A stretch of 64,000 nt of DNA. Origin: an uncultured Verrucomicrobiae bacterium. GTDB lineage: Bacteria > Verrucomicrobiota > Verrucomicrobiia > Limisphaerales > Palsa-1400. The notes under the pieces were generated by a model. The model was not told where the DNA came from, ran no database searches, and saw nothing but the letters and a program-made list of their open reading frames with translations. The stretch is taken from assembly GCA_963702845.1 (NCBI GenBank), contig OY969763.1:1024001-1088000 (forward strand), read 5' to 3'. Positions 18,796 to 28,814 of the stretch are shown piece by piece. The first letter of the stretch is position 1; the number at the start of each line of letters is the position of its first letter. The translations under genes and the position numbers were made by a program.

Positions 18796-19854
18796 CTAGC
18801 CTTGCGTAATCGGATGTTTATGCGTTGCGCACGGGAAACGAACGCGGGCTGCGTAATGTCCGTTGCGGGCACCGGAGCGGAATTCAATGTCTGGCTGATG
18901 GCTGAGCAACGCATTGACCACGCGCAGACCGAGGAACAAAGTTTTTTCGGCGCGCACCGGAGGGTTTGGGACGCGGTTAAAAACAATCAGGCCACCGCGG
19001 CGCTCTTTGCGAAGCACCCGGACGACTATATCGCCTTGCCCATGTTTTAGCGCGTTAGTCAGCAGATTGTGCAGGACTTGTTTGAAATAGATTGCGTCGG
19101 AATTCACCAGGCATTCGCTTTTGGCGCGCAAACGGACAGAACGGCCGGATTCCGCCGCTAGCAATTCAAAATCTTTCGATACGTCCGCGACCATCGCGGA
19201 CAAGTCAAAAACTTGCGGATGCCATACCAGTCGGCCTTGTTCCGCCTTCGCAATGAGCAGGGATTGATCGACAACATGCGTCAGGCGATGAAGTTCTTCC
19301 TGCAAATCTTCCGAGAGATCGGGTTCGATTTTGGTATCAGCTTGCTCGAGCTTCAGCCGCATGATGGCCAGCGGCGTTCGCAACTCATGCGCGACCTTTG
19401 CGGCGTATTCGCTCATTTCAGAAAACGAACTGTTCAGACGCGCCAGGAGGTCATTGATGTGTTCGAGCAGAGCTCGAAATTCTTTATCGCCTTCGGTGAG
19501 GACGATTTTCTGACCGAGTGTTTTCGAGCTGATTCCCTGGAGCTGTTGGTTGACGCGTTGGATCGGGCGCAACGATTTCCGCGCGATATAATATCCCAAC
19601 ACCAATGTCAGCGCGATAAGCGGCAAGGAATAGCCTATCCATCCTTCGACCAGTTCGCCCATGATATCGCGCACTTCTCCCTCTGAAAAGCTGCCGTGCA
19701 ATTTCCAGTCGGGATGATCCGGATAATCGCGCTGCCAATGTTTCTGGCGCAGCTCGACTTCCATCTGGTGATACGTGAACGTCGCGAAAACAAACGTGAT
19801 CACGAGAATGCTCAATCCGAACCATAACGCCAACCGTACCCGCAATGAATTCAC
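18796..19854 (-). CDS. HAMP-HisKA sensor kinase with degenerate ATP-binding domain
   Basis: Two TM segments, AHELRTPL H-box, NLLTNALKH N-box; no DxGxG or F box, G2 reduced to FLGL. Confidence 0.85.
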   Translation of the reverse strand: MNSLRVRLALWFGLSILVITFVFATFTYHQMEVELRQKHWQRDYPDHPDWKLHGSFSEGEVRDIMGELVEGWIGYSLPLIALTLVLGYYIARKSLRPIQRVNQQLQGISSKTLGQKIVLTEGDKEFRALLEHINDLLARLNSSFSEMSEYAAKVAHELRTPLAIMRLKLEQADTKIEPDLSEDLQEELHRLTHVVDQSLLIAKAEQGRLVWHPQVFDLSAMVADVSKDFELLAAESGRSVRLRAKSECLVNSDAIYFKQVLHNLLTNALKHGQGDIVVRVLRKERRGGLIVFNRVPNPPVRAEKTLFLGLRVVNALLSHQPDIEFRSGARNGHYAARVRFPCATHKHPITQG

Positions 19855-20528
19855 GACTCTTCCTCCCGCATGGCGAAGCCGCGTCCCCGCAGCGTGTGAA
19901 GCAATGGCTTCGACCCCGGCCGATCAATCTTCCGGCGAAGATGATTGATGTAGACGTTGACGACGTTCGTTTCGGAATCGAAGTGTTGGTCCCAAACGTG
20001 TTCGACAATGGCTGTCTTGCTTACTGGATTGGGCGTCGACGACATCAAAAATTCCAGCAACGTGTATTCGCGTTTGGTTAAATCGATTTCGCGTCCGGCG
20101 CGGCGCGCGGTATGGGCGACTAGGTCCAGTTCCAAATCGCCAACGCGCAAAACGTTGAACGATTGGGGACGTTGCCGACGAAGGAGTGCGCGCAATCGTG
20201 CGAGAAGTTCCGCAAGCGAGAAAGGTTTGACCAGATAATCATCGCCGCCGGCATCCAGACCGCGCACGCGATCTTCGACTTCGCCGCGCGCAGTTAGAAA
20301 AATCACCGGGGTTAAAATCTGCTCGCGTCGCAACTGGCGGACGACGGTGAAACCGTCCTTGCCCGGCATCATGACATCGAGAGCCATGACGTCGTATGGA
20401 TGATTCTTCGCCAGCCAAATCGCTTCGTCGCCGTCCATGGCAAGATCTACCGCGTAGCCTTCGGCAGCCAGCCCCTGGCGTAAATGCTGGGCGACCTTGG
20501 GTTCGTCTTCAGCGAGAAGAATTCGCAT
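19851..20528 (-). CDS. OmpR-family response regulator (CusR/CzcR-like)
   Basis: MRILLAEDE, LDVMMPG, DDYLVKPF, winged helix VNVYINHLRRKID...TLRGRGF. Confidence 0.95.
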   Translation of the reverse strand: MRILLAEDEPKVAQHLRQGLAAEGYAVDLAMDGDEAIWLAKNHPYDVMALDVMMPGKDGFTVVRQLRREQILTPVIFLTARGEVEDRVRGLDAGGDDYLVKPFSLAELLARLRALLRRQRPQSFNVLRVGDLELDLVAHTARRAGREIDLTKREYTLLEFLMSSTPNPVSKTAIVEHVWDQHFDSETNVVNVYINHLRRKIDRPGSKPLLHTLRGRGFAMREEES

Positions 20529-20651
20529 AGTAAACGCGCGAACACATTAGATGCTCGCGATGAGGCATGTTATTCGGCTGGCCCGGCGTTCGCCAGATGT
20601 AAGTTGAACCCAATCATTGACACTAATGAACCGGGCGGCACAAGCTTCGTT

Positions 20652-22049
20652 ATGCGATTTCTGACCCTTGCTCTGCTTATTGCGGGTGTTTTTCCAACTT
20701 TCGCTGCGGACACATTCTTGCCTGAAAAAGAAAAGGCCCGTGCCAGGGATATCTTTCGCGAACTTATTGAAATCCGCAGCACACATGATGTGGGCACAGC
20801 CAAAATCGCCAACGCCATCGCCACGCGCCTGAAAGCCGCCGGCTTTTCCGGTGACGACGTGCAAATCCTTGCGCCAAAACCCGGCAAGGAAAACGTCGTC
20901 GTCCGATTTCGCGGCACCGGTTCGGCAAAACCAATTCTCTTCATCGGCCACATCGACGTCGTCGAAGCCAAACGCGAGGATTGGACTTCTGATCCATTCA
21001 AGCTTACTGAGCGCGAGGGCTATTTTTACGGACGCGGCGCCACTGATATGAAAAATGAAGTGGCGGATATGGTGGAGAACTTGATTCGTTTGAAAGAAGA
21101 GAACTTCCAACCGTCCCGCGATTTCATTTTCGCTTTCACTGCCGACGAAGAGGGCGGGGGCACCGACAATGGCGTGGAATGGCTGATGAAAGATCATCGG
21201 TCGCTCATCGATGCGCCATTTTGCATCAACCCGGACGGCGGCGGTGGTGAGATTAAAGCCGGCAAATACATCGCCCTCAGCGTGCAAACCGCTGAAAAAG
21301 TCTATTTAAGCTTTCGCCTCGAAGCCAAAGACAAGGGCGGCCACAGTTCCGTTCCAACACAGGACAACCCCATCTTTCACCTCGCCCAGGCCCTCGCACG
21401 CTTGTCGAATTTTAAATTCCCGATTCACGTGAACGAGACGGTGCGCAAAGCATTTGCTGTTCTGGCAGAAACAGAAAAGGACCCGGACGTTGCAGCCGAC
21501 CTCAAAGCTATTAGTGCCGACCCGGGAAATTGGGCCGCCACAGACCGCCTTGCCACGAGACCGGTCTACAACGCGCTCATGCGCACCACCGCCACCGTCA
21601 CCATGATCAGCGGCGGCCACGCTGAAAACGCGTTGCCCCAGGTCGCCAGCGCCGTCGTCAACTGCCGCATCCTCCCCGAAGATTCTGCCGACGCAGTCGA
21701 AGCCACTCTCAAACATATTATCGCCGACGAAAAAATTTCCCTGTCGCAAATCGAACCGCCTAAACCGAGTCCCGCGTCTCCGGTCGATCCATACATTTTT
21801 GACATGGTAGAAAAAACCGGTCGCGACATGTGGCCCGGCGTCGTGGCGATGCCCGCAATGCAAACCGGGGCAACCGACGGCCTCTTTCTGCGCGCCGCCG
21901 GAGTCCCCGTCTACGGCCTCTCCGGCATGTTCACCGATTTCGAAGATCCGCGTGCGCACGGCAAAGATGAACGCATCGGCGTGAACGACTACTACAACGG
22001 CGTTGAATTTATGTATCGCTTGCTGAAAGCCCTGGGGCAGCCGAAATGA
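20652..22049 (+). CDS. Secreted M20/M25/M40 metallopeptidase
   Basis: GHIDVV, YGRGATDMK, ADEEGG, GGHSS, AHGKDE; signal peptide from MRFLTL. Confidence 0.92.
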   Translation: MRFLTLALLIAGVFPTFAADTFLPEKEKARARDIFRELIEIRSTHDVGTAKIANAIATRLKAAGFSGDDVQILAPKPGKENVVVRFRGTGSAKPILFIGHIDVVEAKREDWTSDPFKLTEREGYFYGRGATDMKNEVADMVENLIRLKEENFQPSRDFIFAFTADEEGGGTDNGVEWLMKDHRSLIDAPFCINPDGGGGEIKAGKYIALSVQTAEKVYLSFRLEAKDKGGHSSVPTQDNPIFHLAQALARLSNFKFPIHVNETVRKAFAVLAETEKDPDVAADLKAISADPGNWAATDRLATRPVYNALMRTTATVTMISGGHAENALPQVASAVVNCRILPEDSADAVEATLKHIIADEKISLSQIEPPKPSPASPVDPYIFDMVEKTGRDMWPGVVAMPAMQTGATDGLFLRAAGVPVYGLSGMFTDFEDPRAHGKDERIGVNDYYNGVEFMYRLLKALGQPK

Positions 22050-22077
22050 CTGTCGTTATTCGTAGCGGCCGAGGGAA

Positions 22078-22297
22078 CTCGCGGCAGCATTCGCATATAC
22101 CGGCGCAAAGTTCATCCGAAAGGGTGGCGTCAGTCAGGCGAACGCAGCGGAGTATCTCTCCACTGGCGGCGACAGCTGCAATTGGCGGCACTTGGGTTGC
22201 TGATCTCAAATTGATCTCGGAAAAGAAATGGCCGCGCATCACCGGACTGACAAAAGAAGTGATGAAACTCGCAGCCGCGGTGAAGCCGCAGGAATAA
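22078..22297 (+). pseudogene. eda: C-terminal remnant of KDPG/KHG aldolase
   Basis: Across two frameshifts reads LAAAFAYTGAKFI-GGVSQANAAEYL-LAATAAIGGTWVADLKLISEKKWPRIT, matching the Eda C-terminus (KFxPTGG...YL...GGSW); no N-terminal part. Confidence 0.65.
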
Positions 22298-22387
22298 ACA
22301 TGTCAAAAGTTCGGGGCTGCACCCTTTTCTTTGGCTGGCTTGAGCCATTTCGTAAAGCGTCTGAAGCTGAAAGAATTCTTAGTCGAG

Positions 22388-24295
22388 TTAGCGTTTGTGA
22401 ACTGGTTTGCCAAACGCATCGATCATCGTAACCGTCGTAAACACAACGTGCCTCTTCCCGCCCGACTCCGGCGATGCAAACATCGAGGTCGCTCCGTCTT
22501 CGATAGTATTATTCGCCTTTGCCGTCGCGTTCGCGAAATCATGCGGATTGCCTTTAAGCCAAAACAAAGCGCTCAGATTGATCGAACGCCCATTGCGTTG
22601 AACCGTCGCAGCGTAATACACAGAGACACCAGCGCGTGCCTCGCCATTCCCTGGTCCGTTTGCTACGCTCACACATGCTGCTCGTCCACTTAGTATCGTT
22701 ACTTTTGGCGTGCTTACGACATCCGCACCGCTGATTTTGGACAATGTATCCAGCAACTTCTGAAATCGATTTGGCTCCAATGTTTCTACCCGGCTCAGAT
22801 CCAGTCCATTGCTTTTGAACACGGCTTCGAGGGCGGGATCGATTTCAACTATTTTTGAGGTTAGCGATAACTGCGGCCCTTCGCCACCAGCATTGAGAAA
22901 CTCCACGGCCGTTTCAATATTCTCCAAATCCGTCAACGTGGCCCGCACCAAAAGCAGCCCGGTGCGATCATTGTAAAACAGCGTCTTCGAGTTGTTTAGG
23001 AAATCGACACCCAACTCGGTAAACCATTCTTTCAGTCCGCGATTTAACGCGATGTTGCTGGAAACATCTTTGCCGAGAACCTTCAGGTTGCGGACGAAAG
23101 CATCTGGTTCGACATGAAATTGTTTCGAGTATAAGGCGATGACCTCGGGCTGGTGATTTCGTTGGCGAGGCGGTTGCAACGTCTTTGATGCGGATTGCGT
23201 GAGATCGGCAAAGGCGGTTCGCCAGATTATGCCCAGTGGCGCAGGCGAGCTGTCACTTGAAACGGCATTTCGCTGCGTCCAGCCGGCGGCTAAAATTGCT
23301 ACCGATACGAAACAAACCGCCGCAGCCATTTGGAAAATCCGCTGACGCAGTGTTGAACGAGCCACACCGCGCAAATTCAACAACCGTTCGATGCGATGGC
23401 GGAGATTGGATCGCCGTTCCGTTGCATTCATTCCGACTCCGGCTGGGGCAAAGCGGGTTGATAAATCGCGCGCCAGTTTGACCAGGCATCCGGCCAATGT
23501 CTCCGCGCCCCTGTCGATAGCGGCTACAGATTCATCAGCCGCCAATTCGCTGGCATCGTGCAGAGCGCGTCGCGCCAACCAAATGAGTGGGTTCCACCAA
23601 AGTAAAATAGTGACGCAATCCGCCAACGCATGCCAGGCTGCGTCGCCGGCAGCAATATGCGCCAGCTCGTGCGTAAGAATTGCCTCCCGCTCTACCGGTT
23701 CAAACCTCTGGATGAAATGTTGGGGAACAACAATGACCGGCCGAAAAATTCCGAACGTGAACGGTGCCGCCACATGGGTGCCTTCGATCAACTTAGGGCA
23801 ACTCATCCCAAGCCGCGTCGCAATTCGCCCCGTCTCTTCAACTAACAGTGACTGCACTATTGCTTTTCGTCTGCGCCGAAACGCTGCCATCCAACAATGC
23901 GCCAACACAACACGCGCTCCGATGACCATGCATCCAAGCAGCCAGATCATCCCCGGCCATAATGCAGCATTCCGGTTCTCTGTTTCCGCAAAGGTTATTT
24001 TGGTTGAGCGCGCCGTCGTTTTCAGTTCCACGTTTTTTCCAAGAGCTGCGCTTTCACCCGCTTTCGCATCAACCGGATGCGACAACAGCAATGCAGCAGC
24101 TCTGTTGCCGATTCCGCCCAGGTTCGAAACGGTTAATGCCAGCACGCACACAACCGCTGTTCGCCAAATAAACCTGCGGATTGAGCCCGACCGCACCAGC
24201 GGCGTCAATGCAATCGCAAGCACGACAGTTGCTGCCGTTTGCCAAAGCAATGTCGCTGCAAGTTCGGACCAAAACGTCACATCTGGAATGCTCAT
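22388..24295 (-). CDS. BlaR1-like M56 metallopeptidase fused to secretin-like C-terminal domain
   Basis: PFTFGIFRPVIVVP, HELAH, WWNPLIW, ELAAD; C-terminus FYNDRTGLLLVRAT...PQLSLTSKIVEI...STPKVTILSG. Confidence 0.88.
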   Translation of the reverse strand: MSIPDVTFWSELAATLLWQTAATVVLAIALTPLVRSGSIRRFIWRTAVVCVLALTVSNLGGIGNRAAALLLSHPVDAKAGESAALGKNVELKTTARSTKITFAETENRNAALWPGMIWLLGCMVIGARVVLAHCWMAAFRRRRKAIVQSLLVEETGRIATRLGMSCPKLIEGTHVAAPFTFGIFRPVIVVPQHFIQRFEPVEREAILTHELAHIAAGDAAWHALADCVTILLWWNPLIWLARRALHDASELAADESVAAIDRGAETLAGCLVKLARDLSTRFAPAGVGMNATERRSNLRHRIERLLNLRGVARSTLRQRIFQMAAAVCFVSVAILAAGWTQRNAVSSDSSPAPLGIIWRTAFADLTQSASKTLQPPRQRNHQPEVIALYSKQFHVEPDAFVRNLKVLGKDVSSNIALNRGLKEWFTELGVDFLNNSKTLFYNDRTGLLLVRATLTDLENIETAVEFLNAGGEGPQLSLTSKIVEIDPALEAVFKSNGLDLSRVETLEPNRFQKLLDTLSKISGADVVSTPKVTILSGRAACVSVANGPGNGEARAGVSVYYAATVQRNGRSINLSALFWLKGNPHDFANATAKANNTIEDGATSMFASPESGGKRHVVFTTVTMIDAFGKPVHKR

Positions 24296-24297
24296 GT

Positions 24298-24684
24298 TTA
24301 TCGACTCTCTTTCTTTTTCCGTTCCGCAATAATCTTTTCCAACTCATCCAATTCGCACCGGCTGATCTCCCGTGTCTGAAGCAAATGAGTTACCATATCG
24401 GCCAGCCGCCCTTCGAACACGCGTTCGAGCAGGTGACTCGTCATATTTCGTGCTACGACCTCTTCCTTGACGAGCGGCGAGTAGACGAACTTTCGATCCT
24501 CCATCCGATGCCGGACGAGTTTGCGCGCCTCCATTTTTTTGAGCATGGTCGCGATGGTTGTGTAGGCGTATTTGCTTTCTCCCCCGAGCCCGGCATGAAC
24601 TTCGCGTACCGATGCGTCAGGGTGCTCCCACAACAATTGCAGAATCTTCAATTGCAGATCTCCGATTCGTCGAGGCCGTACCAT
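24298..24684 (-). CDS. blaI: BlaI/MecI/CopY family repressor
   Basis: LQLKILQLLW, SVREV, AYTTIATMLKKMEARKLV, ELDELEKII; start trimmed to MVRPRR. Confidence 0.92.
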   Translation of the reverse strand: MVRPRRIGDLQLKILQLLWEHPDASVREVHAGLGGESKYAYTTIATMLKKMEARKLVRHRMEDRKFVYSPLVKEEVVARNMTSHLLERVFEGRLADMVTHLLQTREISRCELDELEKIIAERKKKESR

Positions 24685-24699
24685 GTGCGACCATGGTAA

Positions 24700-24718
24700 T
24701 ACTACTACGGTAGTAGTA
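24700..24718. promoter_or_regulatory. BlaI-type operator palindrome
   Basis: Perfect TACTACTAC-G-GTAGTAGTA, 15 bp upstream of the blaI start. Confidence 0.8.
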
Positions 24719-24809
24719 AAGAGCAATTTGGTCACTCGTTGAACCGGTAAAACATGCGCCCAGCGGCAGGCGGAAGGCGGGGCAATGGTTGGGCGGCGGC
24801 TGGACGTTG

Positions 24810-25916
24810 CTATTGCGAACGGAGTTTGATGCGGACGATTGCGCCCGTGAGCCACAGGCGCATGGGCGGGCCCCAGGTGCCGGTACCGCGGGAAACGATC
24901 GCGGTCAGGCCGCTGACTTCGTAGCGGCCGGAGAGCAGTGGGTAACGCAGGCGCACCAAATAGTTGAAAGGCCAGATCTGGCCGTTGTGGGTGTGGCCAG
25001 AGAGCATAAGGCCAACTCCAGCAGCGGCGGCTTTTTCGGCGTCCAACGGGGAATGGGACAGGAGAATTGTCGCTCCAGAAGGACGATTGGCGAGGGCGCG
25101 GGTTATGGGGTGATCAGCATCAGCGATTGGGGCGCGTGAGGTGAGGTCATCGACCCCGGCAATGATTAAGCCGGGCGCGGCTTGTCGGTTGGAATCTTGT
25201 AACACGGAAAAGCCGGCGTTTTCAAATAAGGCGATCGATCTGGCGAGTCCGGCGTAGAATTCATGATTTCCTGTGACGGCCCAAACGCCGAGTGGGGCTC
25301 TCAATTGCTGGAGAGATTCTCGCAGCGGTTCAACGCGTCCGACATTCCCGTCCACCAAATCGCCAGTGATGACGACGATGTCGGGGGTTAGTGCGTTCAC
25401 TCGTGCGATTTGCTTTTGCAGCCAGCGTTTTCCGAGGATGTTTCCTAGATGCAGATCGGAAAGTTGCACGAGGACGGTTCCGTCGAGGTCACGTGGCAGG
25501 CCGGGAAGTGAGACCTCGTAGTCGGTGAGGGTTGGAGGACGGAAGCCGTGGAGTAGTGCAATAAGACATAACAAAAAGGCGAAGCCCACGGCGCTGGTGC
25601 GGATGCTTATCGTTGCTGTTGTGAAGACGTTGCCGCCGAGTGTCACAAGGTCAGCGGCCACCAGACAGCAGAGCAGGAGAAATGCGATGCCAACCCAGGT
25701 GGCGGCGAGGAATTCGAATGGCCAGATATATTGCTGAGCTCCTTTTGCGTCCAGAACTCGCGCGGCGACGTAGCTTAACCACAGGCATGCCGCGATGATG
25801 CCGAGGGTGAGTGGGGAAACGTGGTTTGCGATCCATGGCAGACTTGATAGTCGCCAAAAGATGTAGGCGTGCAGGGTGCCCCAGATTGTTAGGGCGATGG
25901 CGAGGAATGTAGCCAT
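24810..25916 (-). CDS. Membrane metallophosphoesterase (YkuE/YaeI-like)
   Basis: N-terminal TMs; SDLH, TGDLVD, GNHE, LSH, SGHTH motifs. Confidence 0.93.
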   Translation of the reverse strand: MATFLAIALTIWGTLHAYIFWRLSSLPWIANHVSPLTLGIIAACLWLSYVAARVLDAKGAQQYIWPFEFLAATWVGIAFLLLCCLVAADLVTLGGNVFTTATISIRTSAVGFAFLLCLIALLHGFRPPTLTDYEVSLPGLPRDLDGTVLVQLSDLHLGNILGKRWLQKQIARVNALTPDIVVITGDLVDGNVGRVEPLRESLQQLRAPLGVWAVTGNHEFYAGLARSIALFENAGFSVLQDSNRQAAPGLIIAGVDDLTSRAPIADADHPITRALANRPSGATILLSHSPLDAEKAAAAGVGLMLSGHTHNGQIWPFNYLVRLRYPLLSGRYEVSGLTAIVSRGTGTWGPPMRLWLTGAIVRIKLRSQ

Positions 25917-26100
25917 TCGCTAATATATACTCGCGCGAGAGGCGGGCTGCCAATGGCGAAGGCGTTTCGAAAAGAAAAGTTTTACCACAGGGGCACGGAG
26001 GCACGGAGGGGGAAATCTGAATCGGACGGATGGGAGGGATGACGGAAAGGCGAACGTTGAACGTCGAACGCTGAGGAAATCGCAATAGAAAATACGGGAA

Positions 26101-26128
26101 CGGCGCGCGCGGAGCGACTCGCCCTACC
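26101..26128 (-). repeat. GGTAG-type REP; related copy at 43426-43451
   Basis: Reverse complement ggtagggcgagtcgctccgcgcgcgccg vs ggtagggcgtcactccgcgcgcgccg. Confidence 0.7.
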
Positions 26129-26129
26129 G

Positions 26130-26549
26130 TTATTCGTAGGTTTTTTGCAGCATCTGCACGCGGGGATAGACCGGGGAGGTTGGGCCGGTGCGGGTTTTGA
26201 CTTTGGCGAAGACGCGGCGGGCTTCGGTGGGATCATCTTTAGCGACGAGGACGACGTAATCCAGTTCGATCGATGCCAGGCGCGGATCGGAAATGGTTTT
26301 GCCGTAGGTCAGCAAGAAATCGTGAAGTCCGCCAGCGCCGCGGTTGCGGGAGGCTGCCAGCATCGGTTCCAACTTCGGCGACATTCCAGGCAATGAGGTA
26401 TCTGCGACTTCGGGCGCGGTTGCAGATGCACGCGAGGAATTGGAATCAGGTTGTGCGAATTTGCCCCAATATTCCCAAAGCTGGTACACACCCATGCCGA
26501 GGCCAATGATGACGACGACGCCGAGTAGGAATTTTATGGTTCCGTTCAT
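26130..26549 (-). CDS. Hypothetical single-TM protein coupled to murA
   Basis: ATG overlaps the murA stop (ATGA); N-terminal TM MNGTIKFLLGVVVIIG. Confidence 0.75.
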   Translation of the reverse strand: MNGTIKFLLGVVVIIGLGMGVYQLWEYWGKFAQPDSNSSRASATAPEVADTSLPGMSPKLEPMLAASRNRGAGGLHDFLLTYGKTISDPRLASIELDYVVLVAKDDPTEARRVFAKVKTRTGPTSPVYPRVQMLQKTYE

Positions 26550-27808
26550 GATTCTTCTACGCGTTCGACGCGAGCACCCAGTTTGCGCAGCTTGGCGTCG
26601 ATTTGTTCGTAACCACGGTCGATATGATAAACGCGGTTTACTTGCGTCATGCCTTTTGCCGCAAGACCGGCAATGACGAGCGCAGCGGAAGCGCGCAAAT
26701 CGCTGGCCATGATCGGTGCGCCGCTCAATGGTTTGCCACCTTTGACGATCGCGCTCGGGCCTTCGATGGCGATGTCTGCCCCGAGACGGGCGAGTTCGCT
26801 GACGTGCATGAAACGTGATTCGAATACGCGCTCGGTGATGATGCTGATGCCGGGAGTCACAATCATGAGCGCCATCATTTGCGCCTGAACGTCGGTGGGA
26901 AAACCAGAGTAGGGCAGGGTGGTGATGTCGACAGGTTTGAGCCGGCCGTTGCGGCAAATTTTCAGCGAACCGTTGCTGCGTTCGATCTTCACGCCGGCCT
27001 CGACCAACTTGTCGATGACAGCGTGTAAGTGATCGACGCGCGCGCGTTTTATGGTCACTTCGCCGTTTGTGGCGGCGGCAGCAATGGCGAATGTCGCCGC
27101 TTCGATGCGGTCGGGAATGACTTCGTGTTCCGCACCGTGGAGTTTTTTAACACCAGTGATCGTGATTGTCGGACTGCCGATGCCTTGAATCTTCGCACCC
27201 ATCGACACAAGAAAATTTGCGAGGTCGGTGACTTCGGGTTCGCAGGCGGCGCTTTCAATGATCGTGACGCCGTCGGCTAACGTCGCCGCCATCATCACGT
27301 TTGCGGTGCCAAGAACGGTCGGGCCTGAACGTCCGCCCATGAATACAGAGTTGCCCTTTAATTTGCGTGCTGTCGCGACGATGTATCCGCTGTCGATTTT
27401 GACATTCGTGCCTAAGGCGCGAACGCCTTTGAGGTGCAAATCGATTGGGCGCGCGCCAATGACGCAACCGCCGGGCAAAGACACTTGCGCTTTCCCGAGG
27501 CGGCCGAGGAGCGGGCCCAAAATACAGATCGAGCCGCGCATTTTGCGGATGAGATCGTAATCGCCGACGCCCTTGATTTTCTTCGCGCGAACGCGGAAGC
27601 AATTGTCTTGGAGGGAAACCTCGGCGCCGAGCGACTCGAGAATTTTTCCCATGAAACGGACGTCGCTCAGGTTTGGCACGTTGCGAATGACACACGGTTC
27701 GTCCGTGAGCAGCGTGGCCGCCATGATTGGAAGCGTGGCGTTTTTTGCGCCACCGATCGTCACTTCGCCGTGTAACGGCACACCACCTTTAATCAGAAAA
27801 CTATCCAT
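26546..27808 (-). CDS. murA: UDP-N-acetylglucosamine 1-carboxyvinyltransferase
   Basis: GAKNA, LPGGCVIGARP (catalytic Cys), PDRIEA, GFPTD, DLRA, HIDRGYE. Confidence 0.97.
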   Translation of the reverse strand: MDSFLIKGGVPLHGEVTIGGAKNATLPIMAATLLTDEPCVIRNVPNLSDVRFMGKILESLGAEVSLQDNCFRVRAKKIKGVGDYDLIRKMRGSICILGPLLGRLGKAQVSLPGGCVIGARPIDLHLKGVRALGTNVKIDSGYIVATARKLKGNSVFMGGRSGPTVLGTANVMMAATLADGVTIIESAACEPEVTDLANFLVSMGAKIQGIGSPTITITGVKKLHGAEHEVIPDRIEAATFAIAAAATNGEVTIKRARVDHLHAVIDKLVEAGVKIERSNGSLKICRNGRLKPVDITTLPYSGFPTDVQAQMMALMIVTPGISIITERVFESRFMHVSELARLGADIAIEGPSAIVKGGKPLSGAPIMASDLRASAALVIAGLAAKGMTQVNRVYHIDRGYEQIDAKLRKLGARVERVEES

Positions 27809-27850
27809 TTGGTATCGAACGTGGCGCGTTGTTTCTTTCCCCGGTCGTTG

Positions 27851-28708
27851 TCAGGAAAGAGGAGGACGCGCGCTCAATATTCTTGGGCGCTGACTGTAAT
27901 CACATTCTACGGATTCGACAACGAACTTTTGCTCTTCAAACGTTTTTTTGACTGCATCGGCCTGTCCGTCGCCGAATTCGAGGAGAATTTTGCCTTCCGG
28001 TTTCAACCAGTTTTTCGCTTCAGAAGCCAGTAATCGATAGAAATTCAGACCATCAGCGCCGCCGTCGAGCGCGCTACGCGGCTCGTGCTCGCGAACTTCG
28101 GGGTCGAGTGTTTCGATTTCCGCGGAAGGTATATAGGGCGGGTTGGAAATGATGAGATCGAAACGCACAGGAGAGGCTTTCAAAGCTTCGAAACCATTGC
28201 CTTGGTGAAATTGAACCTTAACATTCTGTTTCGCCGCATTCTCTTGCGCGATTTTTAATGCCTCTTTCGAAGCATCCAAGGCGTGAACCTCCGCGGTTGG
28301 AATTTTCGACGCGAGCGCTATAGCCAAACATCCGCTGCCGGTGCCGAAGTCCAGGGCGGTTGGTGGCTGACCATTGATTGTTGATAGGAACTGCCAGCCG
28401 CGTTCGGCGAGCATTTCAGTCTCAGGTCGTGGGATCAGGACTGCTGTCGTGACGTTGAGTTCCCAACCACAGAATTGCACATTGCCTATTATATATTGCA
28501 GCGGTTCACGGGTGCCGCGGCGTTGCACCATTTCGCGCAACGTGCTGACCTCCGCTTCGGTCAAAACGCGCTCGAAGTTTAGATAAATTTGCATGCGCTG
28601 CATCTTGAGCACGTGCGCAATTAATAGCTCCACCTGTAAACGCGGCGAAGAAACGTCCTTTTTTGTGAGGAAATCGGTGCTGCGTTGTATGACTTCCAGG
28701 ATGGTCAC
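27851..28708 (-). CDS. prmC: Release factor glutamine methyltransferase
   Basis: EPLQYIIG, VLIPRPETE, DFGTGSG, SNPPY; start trimmed to GTG (VTILEV). Confidence 0.95.
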   Translation of the reverse strand: MTILEVIQRSTDFLTKKDVSSPRLQVELLIAHVLKMQRMQIYLNFERVLTEAEVSTLREMVQRRGTREPLQYIIGNVQFCGWELNVTTAVLIPRPETEMLAERGWQFLSTINGQPPTALDFGTGSGCLAIALASKIPTAEVHALDASKEALKIAQENAAKQNVKVQFHQGNGFEALKASPVRFDLIISNPPYIPSAEIETLDPEVREHEPRSALDGGADGLNFYRLLASEAKNWLKPEGKILLEFGDGQADAVKKTFEEQKFVVESVECDYSQRPRILSARPPLS

Positions 28709-28814
28709 CGCGCAGACGATAGGTGGAAGGGCGCGCGCGGCGCAACAGGCAAAATGGTTTTTAAACGGTGGATTAAAATTGTCATGCGACGGATTTTTCA
28801 GCACCATCTGTGCG

